A stretch of DNA of 64,000 bases, taken from the IMG/VR virus record IMGVR_UViG_3300031247_000001; one strand, written 5' to 3'. A program made the translations under genes and the position numbers. Below are positions 21,025 through 30,388 of this stretch, one piece after another. This DNA is from an uncultured virus (IMG/VR IMGVR_UViG_3300031247_000001) (taxonomy: Duplodnaviria; Heunggongvirae; Uroviricota; Caudoviricetes). Below the pieces are notes generated by a model. The model was not told the origin of the DNA and ran no database searches. It was given only the letters and a program-made list of their open reading frames with translations. The first letter of the stretch is position 1; every line of letters begins with the position of its first letter.

Positions 21025-21052
21025 CTACGAAACTCCCGGTGGAGATCTTCCC
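21025..21052 (-). promoter_or_regulatory. GGGAAG-N17-CGTAG promoter of the cas12m-like gene
   Basis: 9 nt upstream of the ATG; same motif as other viral genes. Confidence 0.7.
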
Positions 21053-21228
21053 TCATCCGAGGCGGCCTACCTGATGATCGATCCGGAGCTGGGCGGCGAT
21101 GTCCCAGTACCCGATGTACACGAGCTCGGATTCCGTCCTCCGCGGGTCGGCCGCGTAAGCCCGCTCGATCATCTCCCGCCACTCGAGCGACTTGTCCTCG
21201 ACCCGCACGCTCACCCGATCCCAGCGCC

Positions 21229-21399
21229 TCAACGAGGCAGCTCCCGGATCTGGTCGACGATGATTTGGGTGTAGGTCACCTGGCGGCGGCTCTTCTTCTC
21301 GATGCGCTCTCGAGCATCCTTCAGGTGCTCGAAGTCTTCGAGGGGCATGCGCACCGTGAGTACGTGGTGGCCTTTCTTCAGCGATTGCTTCTTCTGCAT
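21229..21399 (-). CDS. 56-aa ribbon-helix-helix (Arc/CopG-like) regulator, absent from the ORF track
   Basis: MQKKQSLKKGHHVLTVRMPLEDFEHLKDARERIEKKSRRQVTYTQIIVDQIRELPR; preceded by TTGCCA-N17-TAGTTC and GGAG. Confidence 0.65.
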   Translation of the reverse strand: MQKKQSLKKGHHVLTVRMPLEDFEHLKDARERIEKKSRRQVTYTQIIVDQIRELPR

Positions 21400-21514
21400 C
21401 TCTATCTCCGAACTATCACGCCACTATCTCAATGGCAAGAGTCATGGTAGGGTTAGTGACCATGGAGTAGACCCGCGTTGCCCTGCGCGGCACCTTTAAC
21501 GGGCCCTCACCCTT

Positions 21515-22192
21515 TCAGGTGAGCCACTGCCAGATCGCTCCGGCCCAGGCCGCGTAGCCGCGGGCCACCGGATGAATGCCGTCCGGGCCGCGCGGAAGGT
21601 CGAGGTTTTCGGAATGGAAAATCGAGATCCGGGGCTTCAACTTCGGCAAGTGAATGGCCCGCTCGCTCTCGATGAGCGCCCGCACGCTGACCAGGGACAC
21701 CGCGGCCGGAGGCAGCGTCGGCGGCGCAATCCAGGCAATCGCACGCGGACCGACGCTCTCAACCAACGTGAGGAGCTCGCCCGCGTAGGGCGTCTGGCGC
21801 GCGCCGATGTCCTCGCCTGGCTGGGGCTGCATATAGGCGTCGTTCGTGCCGAGGCTGATGAGCACGATCGTGGGCTGGAAGGCTGTCAGGGCCTGATCGA
21901 GGGGAGCCGACTCTGCCCACTGATCGATGCGGGTGCCGACCGTCGCCATCGACTGAAAGGCGATGCCGTTGTCCTGGCAGAGCGCCCCAAAGGGCGCGGC
22001 GAGACCGACGGCAAGGGAGTCGCCGAGCAGGAAGACTCGGTCACCGGCGCGGAGCGTGGGCGCGCCCAAGATTTCCACCAGGCCGACCGCTGTCAGCGTT
22101 GCGGCACCGAGGCCGACGTAGATCCATGCGCGGTTTGGGGGCATCGGTTTCTGGACTCGCTCGGGGATCCGAGGGTACGATGAGTCTGCCAT
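21515..22192 (-). CDS. SGNH/GDSL hydrolase with N-terminal membrane anchor
   Basis: LLGDSL, SLGTND, DGIHP blocks; start uncertain (22192 or 22144). Confidence 0.88.
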   Translation of the reverse strand: MADSSYPRIPERVQKPMPPNRAWIYVGLGAATLTAVGLVEILGAPTLRAGDRVFLLGDSLAVGLAAPFGALCQDNGIAFQSMATVGTRIDQWAESAPLDQALTAFQPTIVLISLGTNDAYMQPQPGEDIGARQTPYAGELLTLVESVGPRAIAWIAPPTLPPAAVSLVSVRALIESERAIHLPKLKPRISIFHSENLDLPRGPDGIHPVARGYAAWAGAIWQWLT

Positions 22193-22844
22193 GGCGACCG
22201 ACTTCACCGCAAATAACTGTGGCGGTGTCCGTTGGCGCACCAATCCTGGCGGATTCATCGAGCTCGAGGGGGCAGGGGTGCCGCTCCTGCCTTCGTCGGA
22301 CGCGCGCTTGCCCGAGATGGTGGCCACCTGGCAGAACTTCAGCCAATACCTCGGGCCTGCCGCCGACAAGAACGGCCTCCCCCGCTCGTGGGTGCTCGCC
22401 TTCGCGTGTGTCGAGACGGGGTTCCTGTCCAAAGATCCTAACGCGCAGGCGACCGCTGTCTCGGGCGCGGGCGCCGTGGGCGTCATGCAATTGATGCCGC
22501 AGTACTTCACCCAGTACTCGCGCGATCAACTACTCGATCCGAGCGTCAACATCCCCGCCGGAGCGGCCTTCATCAAGGAGCTCTGCGCGAGCGCGGCGTG
22601 CCCCTGGCGCTGCGAGCTCCCTTATCTTGGCTCGGTCTACAACGCTGGCTCCGGCTCGAACTGCATCCAGTGCTCACCCGGTAAGAACGCGTTCAACTTC
22701 ACCGAGGACAGCGACTACTCGATGCAGCTCGTCCTCTACAATAACTCCGCCCTCACGTACCTGCACCTCGACTCCCTGTGGCCCTGGCTCTTGGGAGGAG
22801 CGTTTGTGGTGGGAGCGGGAGCGGCTGCTTGGCTATGGCTCTAG
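22191..22844 (+). CDS. Lytic transglycosylase (SLT-like) with C-terminal TM helix
   Basis: VETGF, AVSGAGAVGVMQLMP, LLDPSVNI, YNAG. Confidence 0.9.
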   Translation: MATDFTANNCGGVRWRTNPGGFIELEGAGVPLLPSSDARLPEMVATWQNFSQYLGPAADKNGLPRSWVLAFACVETGFLSKDPNAQATAVSGAGAVGVMQLMPQYFTQYSRDQLLDPSVNIPAGAAFIKELCASAACPWRCELPYLGSVYNAGSGSNCIQCSPGKNAFNFTEDSDYSMQLVLYNNSALTYLHLDSLWPWLLGGAFVVGAGAAAWLWL

Positions 22845-22861
22845 AGTTGCGCGGATGATGT

Positions 22862-23443
22862 TCATGGGTGGAGCGCGTCGTCGTCGTGACTCGACCCGTC
22901 CGCTGTATGATAGCCGAAGAGCCCGACGATCAGGTCCTGGACGAGCGCGTCCGGATCGAAGTCCATTGCCTTGCCGCTTCGCGTCGCGCCGCGGATCGCG
23001 TAGTACGCCGCCAAGCGCACGAGCGCTTCGTACTCCTTGCGATCCGGGCTCACTCCCATCTGGAGCGGCATCGGGGGCTCGCCCGTCTCTTCGTAGATCC
23101 AGTGATCCTTCGGCAGCGGGTAGGACGCCGTAAAAAACCCCGACCCGTCCGGCAGGCGCGTCATCTCGCTGGCAGAGCTCGCCGCCTCGTAAGTCCCCTC
23201 AAAGATCTCCTTCTTGATCACGTAAAATGGGCCCGTCTGTTCGCGGCAAATGTAGTCCCCTCCCTTCGCAATGAACGGCCCCATGGTCGTCGGGATCACG
23301 ATATCGCCCTCCGTCAGATCGAGACTCGGCTGAAACTTGGCCCCCGGGATACCGAACACCTCGAAGACCGCGCACGCGCCAGCCGGGGTCCCGTCGAATT
23401 GCACAGCGTCGATCACCACCGGTTTTTTACGATATTGGGGCAT
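22862..23443 (-). CDS. Phage protein with YRKKPVVIDAVQF...GDYI...IFE.TYE domain plus an extra C-terminal domain
   Basis: Widespread phage motif recognised; function unknown. Confidence 0.7.
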   Translation of the reverse strand: MPQYRKKPVVIDAVQFDGTPAGACAVFEVFGIPGAKFQPSLDLTEGDIVIPTTMGPFIAKGGDYICREQTGPFYVIKKEIFEGTYEAASSASEMTRLPDGSGFFTASYPLPKDHWIYEETGEPPMPLQMGVSPDRKEYEALVRLAAYYAIRGATRSGKAMDFDPDALVQDLIVGLFGYHTADGSSHDDDALHP

Positions 23444-23974
23444 TCAGAAGTTTTCTTTCCTCGGGAAGTTTTGCCACGTCGGCCGCGTACGTGATAGAAC
23501 ACTACTGTCTCGGAGACAGTTCAGTCAAGCCCAAGAAGGGGACCGTCATGCTCATCAATCCAAACCTGACCCTGAAAGAAGTGGCCGAGCGCCTCACGAA
23601 GGCCAATTGCAAGCTCCACCTCAACTTCGACCACGGCGTCTACCACGCCTACGTGCATGGCGAGTCCCGGGTGACGGCCTACGATCGCGGCGATCTCGCA
23701 GAAGCCATCGAAGGCGCGACGCGGCAGGTCGGATGAGTCGCACCGTCACCATCGGTGCCTTCCAGGTGAAGGTGAAGCCGCGGCCGCTCGTCGGCACGCG
23801 CACGTTCATCAAGGCCACCGAGCGCGACATGCGCGACTACGAATGGTCCGAGGGCTTCATGGAGAGCGGGAAACCCTACGTGGGCGATCCGCGGGCAGGG
23901 CTCAAGTGGCGTCAGCGCGATGAGATCGCGCATCGCGCTCGGCTTGAACGCCTGCCTCGAAAGCCGGTGCTCCC

Positions 23975-24367
23975 GTGAGCGCCACAAGGATCGACCACGC
24001 CCATCCAGGTGATTGCTTGGCGTGCGATCTGGAGACCGTACGCGCTGGTATTGGCGGAGACCGGATGCCTTCGTTCGCCGAAGGCGTAGAGGCTGTTGGG
24101 GCGCTTCGTCGCATCTCTACAGCGCTCACCAGGTTACCGCCCAAGCCACGGTGGATCCCGTGCTCGGAGCGACTGCCCAATGAGGGCGATCCGGTTTTTT
24201 TCGTGGTCGATGGGGACGTGATGGACGGTGACTTTGAGGCGGGGATCGATGGCGGCGTCGGCTGGTGGAACTATTCCGACGGATACTGGACAACCCCGCG
24301 AGTGAGCCACTGGATGCCGCGCTACGTCCAGCCGATCCCCGATCCTCCAGCCAAAGACCCGGCATGA
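23975..24367 (+). CDS. DUF551-like phage protein
   Basis: WIPCSERLP...VSHWMP. Confidence 0.75.
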   Translation: MSATRIDHAHPGDCLACDLETVRAGIGGDRMPSFAEGVEAVGALRRISTALTRLPPKPRWIPCSERLPNEGDPVFFVVDGDVMDGDFEAGIDGGVGWWNYSDGYWTTPRVSHWMPRYVQPIPDPPAKDPA

Positions 24368-24604
24368 CTGTTCGGGCAGTGGCCATCCCGCGGAGTCGTT
24401 CTTGCTGCGCAGTCCAGCGCGACACCTACCGCTGCGTGCTCGACATCACGCGCGTCGTCGAGTCCTGGGATCCGGTTCGCAAGATCTGGACCCCAGAGAT
24501 CCGACTCTGTCACCTGCACGCGATCGAGTACGTGACAGGTGAGAAGGTGTTCTTGCCGACGTTCGCGCAGCAGGAGATCGCGATGCGGGAGCTCGGCGCC
24601 TAAG

Positions 24605-27562
24605 CTAAGGGACGACCACGCGATAGAACCCCGCCTGGAAATTCGCCGAGTACAGTAGGTGGTGCGCTCCGTCATAGGCGAGCTGTCCACCCGAGCTCAG
24701 CCCAGGACTCGTGAGCGGCGTCCAGGGCGCGCCCGCTGCCGCAGGCGCCGTGAAATACGGGTGCAGGTTGCTCCCATAGCTGAAGTAGTAGTTATTGCTC
24801 AGGTACAGCGTCGTGCCGTCACTCGCGAGGCCTCCAGCAAGCGGACCCGTCCCAGCGATCAGCGACCACGAGGCGCCATCGGGGCTACGGAAAACGCCAT
24901 CGGAGGCCGCTAGGTAGAATGTCCCATCTGCGGCGCGGATGATCTGCGAGCCCTGAGGGTGCGCGTCCTTGATCACGGGAGTAATCTGCGCCCACGTCGC
25001 CCCGGCATTCGTCGTCCGCCAAAAGTTATTGGACGACGATCCCCAAAGCCACGTGCTCGAGTTGTCGAGGAAGTAAACGACTTGGCCCTCGGTGCCGTCC
25101 CAGCTCGGATCGCCGTTCACTAGGTGCCAGGTAGCGCCGCCGTCCGTCGTCTCACCGATGCAGTTCTGGTTGTAGGGAGCCGCGCACACGGCGTGGAAGG
25201 TGAGCAGCAGGTGCAGGTGGTTACTCGGGTCCATCGCAAACACGTTCGCGAAGTTGTACTGCACGACATTCGCGAGCTCGGGTTGGGTCGGTGGCGGCCA
25301 GATGGGATCCCAGTCGACTCCGCCGTTCGTGGACTTGTAGGCGCCGTTCGAGTTGCCCTGGTAGCCGCTGTTCGTGTAGACGGTCCCGGTATCGACCGGA
25401 TCGACGACCATCGTCCAGTTCACACCGACATTGATCTGAGCGCTGCTTCGGCCGGACACCGACGACCACGTCGCGCCGCAGTCCGGGCTCTTCCAGAGCT
25501 TCTGCGACATGGTGCCGAGGTAGATCGTCCCGTTGTTCGTGGGATCGATCGCGAACGCAAACACGCCCGTGAGCGTGGTCCCATCGAAGCCCGCGAGCAC
25601 TTGCGGCGGGGTGATGTTCTGCCACGTCCCTGAGCCAGCGAGCGCGTCGCACGCTCCGACGCCGGAGGGCTGACTGAGCGTGACCGTCACGGCGCTCGTC
25701 ACCGAAAGGCCGCCCGAATCCTGAATGGTGACCACCAGAGAGTAGCTGCCGGGCTGACTGAAGGTCGCGGTCGTGTTCTTGGCGGCGTTGCTGCCGTTGA
25801 CGGAGAAATTCGCCGTACCGGGCGGCGTGCCCGTCGTGGCCCAGGTGTAGGTCAGAGCCGGCTCTCCACCATCATCCGCACCGAGCGCGCTGAGCACGCT
25901 AGTGGTCCCCGTCGTCGGATTGGGGCTCGCTGAGGCCGCGGTCGCGACAGTCGGCGCCTGATTGATTGGCCCTCCCGTGGCAAATACCTCAATGCCGCTC
26001 ACCTTGGCGTTGTCCTTGACCCCGACGAAGCTCACCGCGATTTGCCCGCCCGCAGTCGCGGTCGCAGGAAAGTCGAGCGCGACGGCTTTGTTCTGCCCAC
26101 CCGCTGCGGCAAAGATGTCGAAGCTCGTCAGGACTTGCGCGCCATTGATGAATGCGTTCAGGAGGCGACTATTGGCAGCATTGAAGTAGATCTCGGCGAA
26201 GTGGAGCCGCACGGCGTACGCGCCGCCCGCCAATAAGCCCGGGAAGGTGTAGACCGAGTTTCCGTAGCGCTCGCTCTGGTAGACGGCCGCGGGAGCGGCA
26301 TTGGCGACTCCCGCGGTGGCGACCGCATTGCTCGTCGAAAAACCGGAGCCGCCCGAGAAAAATTGATCCGCCGTAAACGGCGTGACGGCGCTTCCTCCGC
26401 AGTCGATGTGGTACGCGATCGGCGGCGCGGCGGAGACGGTGACGCTGGCGGTCCCGCTGACTCCGCCGCCCGTCGCCGTGACCGTGAACGGTCCGCCCGT
26501 CGAGCTACCTGCCGTGAACAGCCCGCTCGCGGAGATCGCGCCGCCGCCCGTGACCGCCCAAGCAATGCTCGGCTGACTGCTCATCGCGGCCCCGAATTGA
26601 TCGGTCGCCGCAGCCCCGAACTGCTTCATCGCAAGCGGCGCGACTGTCGCCGTCAGCGGACTCACCGTGAGCGCGGAGAGGGTTTGGGTGACGACCACGC
26701 TAACCGTGCTCGTCGCGGTGAGGCCGTCCGCATCGCGGATCGTGGCGGTCAGGACGTAGCTGCCCGCTCCACTGAAGGTGGCGACCGTGTTCTTTGCCGC
26801 GTTGGTCGCGTTCGGGGCGAAGGTCGCGCCAGTAGCTGACCAGGTATAGGTCAGCGCTGGCTCTCCGCCATCGTCGGCCCCCAGCACACTCGCAGCGACG
26901 CTCGCGGCGGTCACCGGGCTCGTCGCTATAGCAGGCGTCGCGACGCTCGGGGGCTGGCTCAGCACCGCACTGCCCGACAGGATCTCGATGCCGCTCACCT
27001 TCGCGTTGTCCTTGACGCCCACGAAGCTGACGACGATCTTGCCGCTCGGGTTGGCGGTCGCAGGAAAGTCGCGCACGAGCGCTTTGTTCGCGCCGCCGGC
27101 GGCGACGAAGATGTCGAGGCTCGTCAGCACCTGCGTGCCGTTTACCGACGCATTGAACAGTCGGCTGTTGGCGGCACTGAAGTAGATTTCCGCGAAGTGC
27201 AGCCTCACCGTGTAGGTCCCTCCTACCGTCAGGGACGGGAACGTGTAGCTCACATTCCCGTAGCGCTCCGATTGGTAGACCGCCGCGGGAGCGGCATTGG
27301 CGACTCCCGTGGTGGCGACCGCATTGCTCGTCGAAAAACCGGAGCCTCCAGAGAAAAACTGATCGGCCGTGAATGGGCTTACCGCCCCGGCGCCGCAGTC
27401 GACTTGGTAGACCGGAGTGAGCAGCGCTTGCCGCGACTGGCTCACCCCACGACTCTGGCTCGCCGCGCCCGGGCTGCAGCCGAATGAGCCGAGTGCTGCT
27501 GCGACCATCGCGAGCGCCAGCACCAAATAACGAACCCCGCAGAATGACGATTTGTGGGACAT
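24605..27562 (-). CDS. Secreted lipoprotein: two malectin-like domains, PKD/Ig-like domains, BNR/Asp-box beta-propeller
   Basis: Signal peptide + FGC lipobox; duplicated VYQSERYG...VRLHFAEIYF...AKVSGIE; SPDCGATW, STNGGVDW, TTDGGATW Asp boxes. Confidence 0.88.
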   Translation of the reverse strand: MSHKSSFCGVRYLVLALAMVAAALGSFGCSPGAASQSRGVSQSRQALLTPVYQVDCGAGAVSPFTADQFFSGGSGFSTSNAVATTGVANAAPAAVYQSERYGNVSYTFPSLTVGGTYTVRLHFAEIYFSAANSRLFNASVNGTQVLTSLDIFVAAGGANKALVRDFPATANPSGKIVVSFVGVKDNAKVSGIEILSGSAVLSQPPSVATPAIATSPVTAASVAASVLGADDGGEPALTYTWSATGATFAPNATNAAKNTVATFSGAGSYVLTATIRDADGLTATSTVSVVVTQTLSALTVSPLTATVAPLAMKQFGAAATDQFGAAMSSQPSIAWAVTGGGAISASGLFTAGSSTGGPFTVTATGGGVSGTASVTVSAAPPIAYHIDCGGSAVTPFTADQFFSGGSGFSTSNAVATAGVANAAPAAVYQSERYGNSVYTFPGLLAGGAYAVRLHFAEIYFNAANSRLLNAFINGAQVLTSFDIFAAAGGQNKAVALDFPATATAGGQIAVSFVGVKDNAKVSGIEVFATGGPINQAPTVATAASASPNPTTGTTSVLSALGADDGGEPALTYTWATTGTPPGTANFSVNGSNAAKNTTATFSQPGSYSLVVTIQDSGGLSVTSAVTVTLSQPSGVGACDALAGSGTWQNITPPQVLAGFDGTTLTGVFAFAIDPTNNGTIYLGTMSQKLWKSPDCGATWSSVSGRSSAQINVGVNWTMVVDPVDTGTVYTNSGYQGNSNGAYKSTNGGVDWDPIWPPPTQPELANVVQYNFANVFAMDPSNHLHLLLTFHAVCAAPYNQNCIGETTDGGATWHLVNGDPSWDGTEGQVVYFLDNSSTWLWGSSSNNFWRTTNAGATWAQITPVIKDAHPQGSQIIRAADGTFYLAASDGVFRSPDGASWSLIAGTGPLAGGLASDGTTLYLSNNYYFSYGSNLHPYFTAPAAAGAPWTPLTSPGLSSGGQLAYDGAHHLLYSANFQAGFYRVVVP

Positions 27563-27610
27563 CAGTACTCCAATAGAAACCCGGGCGCGGACTACACTAG
27601 ACTCTCAGGA

Positions 27611-28792
27611 TCAGACCGTCTTGCCGTCGACCGTGACGAGCGAAGCGCCCGTGACCACGATCGTACGCGTGCCAGCCGGAGCTGGCGGAGGCGCGGGAGT
27701 GGGCGTTGGGGCTGGCGGAGGCACGGGCACGGGCGGCGTCGTGCCCTTCAGCGCCGCGAGCAGCTTGTCACCGACGGGCACGCCGTTTCCCGTACAGCAA
27801 TCGTAGCCCGGTCGGGCCACGAAGGTGCCGTTGCTGCCGCTCGTGATGTCACGGCTCCAGCCCTTGAGCGCGTAGAGTGGAGCGTTCAGGGGGCCGACGG
27901 GGGTGCCGAGCGCTTGCGACAGCACGGCCGCGAGCGCGGCCCACATCGGCGCGACGGCAGAGGTACCGCCGATGACCATCGCTTGGCCATCCACGATGAC
28001 GTTCCAGCCGGTCTCAGGATCGGCGAGGCCGCCCACGTCGGGCACACCGCGGTGAGTGGAGCCGGGCACGTTGGAGGCCTTCTGGTAGTCCGGGAGCGCG
28101 AAGAGCGCGCTCGTGCCGCCGCCGGTGGCGCCGCCCTTGCTGCCGTCGTTCCAGACGGTCTCGGTGAGCGGAGCAGTCGACGGGAGGCTCGTGCCGCCGC
28201 AACCGAGCACGTAGGGCGAGCTCGCCGGGAAGTCCACGTGCTGTCCCGCTTCGCCGTCGCCCGAGCCGTTGTCGCCAGCGGCAGCGGTCACGGTGATGCC
28301 AGCGGCCGCGGCCGCCGCGAATGCGCTGTTGAAGCTCGAGATGGCGGAGCTCGTCCACTCGTTTTCGGCGGCTCCCCAGGAGATCGAAATCGCGGTCATC
28401 TTGTCGGCGACCGCCTGATTGATGGCCGCCAGAAAGCCCGCGTCCGTGTTGGGCGCCATGTAGCAGTGGAGCTCGGCGCCGGGGGCCATGCCGCCGATGA
28501 CGCAGAGGTCGAGCATCACCTCGCCATCGGCGCCGTTCGGGTCGCCGGGGGCGTTGGTCGCGCCGCTCACGCTGTGGAAGACGACTGGCTTGACCTTCAG
28601 CCCCAGATCCTTGAAGTACTTGTCGAGATCGGCCTGCACGTAGCCGCCGCCGAGCTCGATGACGGCGACCTTCGTGCCGGTGCCGTCGAAGCCCTTCGGG
28701 AATCCGTAGATCTGGGCAAGTTGCTTGGGCGTGTAACTCACGCCCGCGGTGTTGTGCTTGAAGTGTCGATGCTTGAGGTAGGAACGAAACAT
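27611..28792 (-). CDS. S53 (sedolisin/kumamolisin) serine peptidase, catalytic domain only
   Basis: GEVMLD, ISISWG, AAGDNGS, RGVPDV, GGTSAVAP, GYDCCTG. Confidence 0.93.
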   Translation of the reverse strand: MFRSYLKHRHFKHNTAGVSYTPKQLAQIYGFPKGFDGTGTKVAVIELGGGYVQADLDKYFKDLGLKVKPVVFHSVSGATNAPGDPNGADGEVMLDLCVIGGMAPGAELHCYMAPNTDAGFLAAINQAVADKMTAISISWGAAENEWTSSAISSFNSAFAAAAAAGITVTAAAGDNGSGDGEAGQHVDFPASSPYVLGCGGTSLPSTAPLTETVWNDGSKGGATGGGTSALFALPDYQKASNVPGSTHRGVPDVGGLADPETGWNVIVDGQAMVIGGTSAVAPMWAALAAVLSQALGTPVGPLNAPLYALKGWSRDITSGSNGTFVARPGYDCCTGNGVPVGDKLLAALKGTTPPVPVPPPAPTPTPAPPPAPAGTRTIVVTGASLVTVDGKTV

Positions 28793-28871
28793 AGCTTTTG
28801 CTCTCCAATGCCGAGGTCCCCGCGCCACCAAGGTGCGTAGGGAACCCTAGCAGACCTAGAGAGCGCGAGCG

Positions 28872-29651
28872 TCAGTCTTCGTCTTCGTCGTCGTCCTCGT
28901 CCGAATCATCGTCGTCATCGTCGTCGTCTCCACCGCCTTCGCAGCTCTCGCTGGCGGCGTTCATGAAGGCTTCTTCGAGTTTGCCCGCGCCCGTTCCGTC
29001 TGAAAACTTCCTGAGCTTTCCCTTCAAGAATTTCTCGGCTCGGTCGGTGTCTTCATAGAAGTCGACCCAGTCGCCGTCCCAGATCCCAACGCCCTGCCCC
29101 TGGAGCGTCATGAGCACCAGGTAGGGCCCGTTGGCATTCCAGAGATCGTCGGCCGCTCCATCGTTTTCTGGCGGGTACTTTTCGACGAGTTCCTCGAACG
29201 CCTCACGGAGCGCCTGGTCGTACTCGCGCGCGACCTCGAAGACTTCGTCGTTCGGTTCGGCGTCTTTCCAGTTTTCGAGCTCCATGCTCTCGGCCGCCAT
29301 CTCGCAGAGTTGCCCAAGCAGCACCGGGTCGTCGGCGAGTCCGCGCGAGTCGGGTGGGCGGCGGGAGTTCGGCTTGAGTTGGGGGTAGCGCTTGGCGAGA
29401 TCGACTCGGATCTCGGTTGCAGCCTCATCGAGCTGCTTACCCTCTGCCGGGTAGCCCACGAGGCGCGCCAAGTCCGCTAGGGAAGAGGCCACCTGAGCAA
29501 TGCGCTGCGCCACCAGATCTTCGGAGGCATCGATCTGCGCTTCGTAGTCGAGCGCGCGCATCGCCCGCATTGCGGCAGAGCTCGCCTCGCAGCGCTCGCT
29601 CCCCGGATCGGCAGCGCGGTTCTGGATGGTCTTCTTATTGGGCTTCGGCAT
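28872..29651 (-). CDS. Acidic hypothetical protein with poly-D/E tail
   Basis: 259-aa ORF with AGGAG ribosome-binding site. Confidence 0.7.
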   Translation of the reverse strand: MPKPNKKTIQNRAADPGSERCEASSAAMRAMRALDYEAQIDASEDLVAQRIAQVASSLADLARLVGYPAEGKQLDEAATEIRVDLAKRYPQLKPNSRRPPDSRGLADDPVLLGQLCEMAAESMELENWKDAEPNDEVFEVAREYDQALREAFEELVEKYPPENDGAADDLWNANGPYLVLMTLQGQGVGIWDGDWVDFYEDTDRAEKFLKGKLRKFSDGTGAGKLEEAFMNAASESCEGGGDDDDDDDDSDEDDDEDED

Positions 29652-29671
29652 CTTCTTCTCCTACGTTTACC

Positions 29672-30286
29672 CTACCGGGTACCTTTCCCGCTTGGCAATA
29701 GCACCCAGGAAGCGGCCCCGATGACGACTGCTGCGGCTGCGATCCAGGGCAGCGTCGAGTCCGTGGTCGCGCTCGCGAGGAGCGGCTCGATCGAATAAAA
29801 CCCCGCCACGTGACTCGCCGGGGTCACGCTCGTGCTGACGGCGTCACCCGTGCCGTTGCCATTGACGAGATTGACCGTGCCGTCGGTGTTCACGGCGGTG
29901 ACGACGGCGTGGTGCTCGTTGGTCGTGAAGTAGGCGATGTCGCCGACATCGGGACTCTGGGTCGTCGAGAGGTTTTGCAGGAACCCGGTCCCGACGACCC
30001 AGTTGAGGTTTTTGGCAAGCCCCGCCTGATGCAAGCACCACAGCGCGAACGCCCCGCACCAGTCCTTGGGGTAGCCGCTCGGCGGCGTGCCCGGGAGCAC
30101 GTCTGCCCAGTACACGGACGCGTCCGTGAACCCGACCTGGCTCAGGGCGGCGCGGGCCACCCGCGTGCGCGGCGGGACCGGCCAGAGCGCCCAGGCGCTG
30201 GCCGCTAGCCCCGCTGCCCCGAGTCCTGTCAGCGCCCAGCCCTGGGGCGTGGACGGCAAGAGGCGCGGGGCTAGGGCGGTGGTCAT
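29672..30286 (-). CDS. CHAP-like amidase flanked by N- and C-terminal TM helices
   Basis: WCGAFALWC, PDVGDIAYF, HHAVV, VNGN. Confidence 0.75.
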   Translation of the reverse strand: MTTALAPRLLPSTPQGWALTGLGAAGLAASAWALWPVPPRTRVARAALSQVGFTDASVYWADVLPGTPPSGYPKDWCGAFALWCLHQAGLAKNLNWVVGTGFLQNLSTTQSPDVGDIAYFTTNEHHAVVTAVNTDGTVNLVNGNGTGDAVSTSVTPASHVAGFYSIEPLLASATTDSTLPWIAAAAVVIGAASWVLLPSGKGTR

Positions 30287-30388
30287 GCGGGGGTCGGCCT
30301 CTCCCGTGGAAAAGTAGCATCCTCCGGAGGGGACTGATAGTTTTCGTGGGGAAGAAAGGCGCCCCGGGCGCCGTAGGACACCCTGAGC

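Noticed and set aside
22189..22194. Divergent SGNH and SLT genes sharing overlapping start codons (CCATGG)
   Set aside because: The SGNH gene has an equally plausible start at 22144, so the overlap is unsupported
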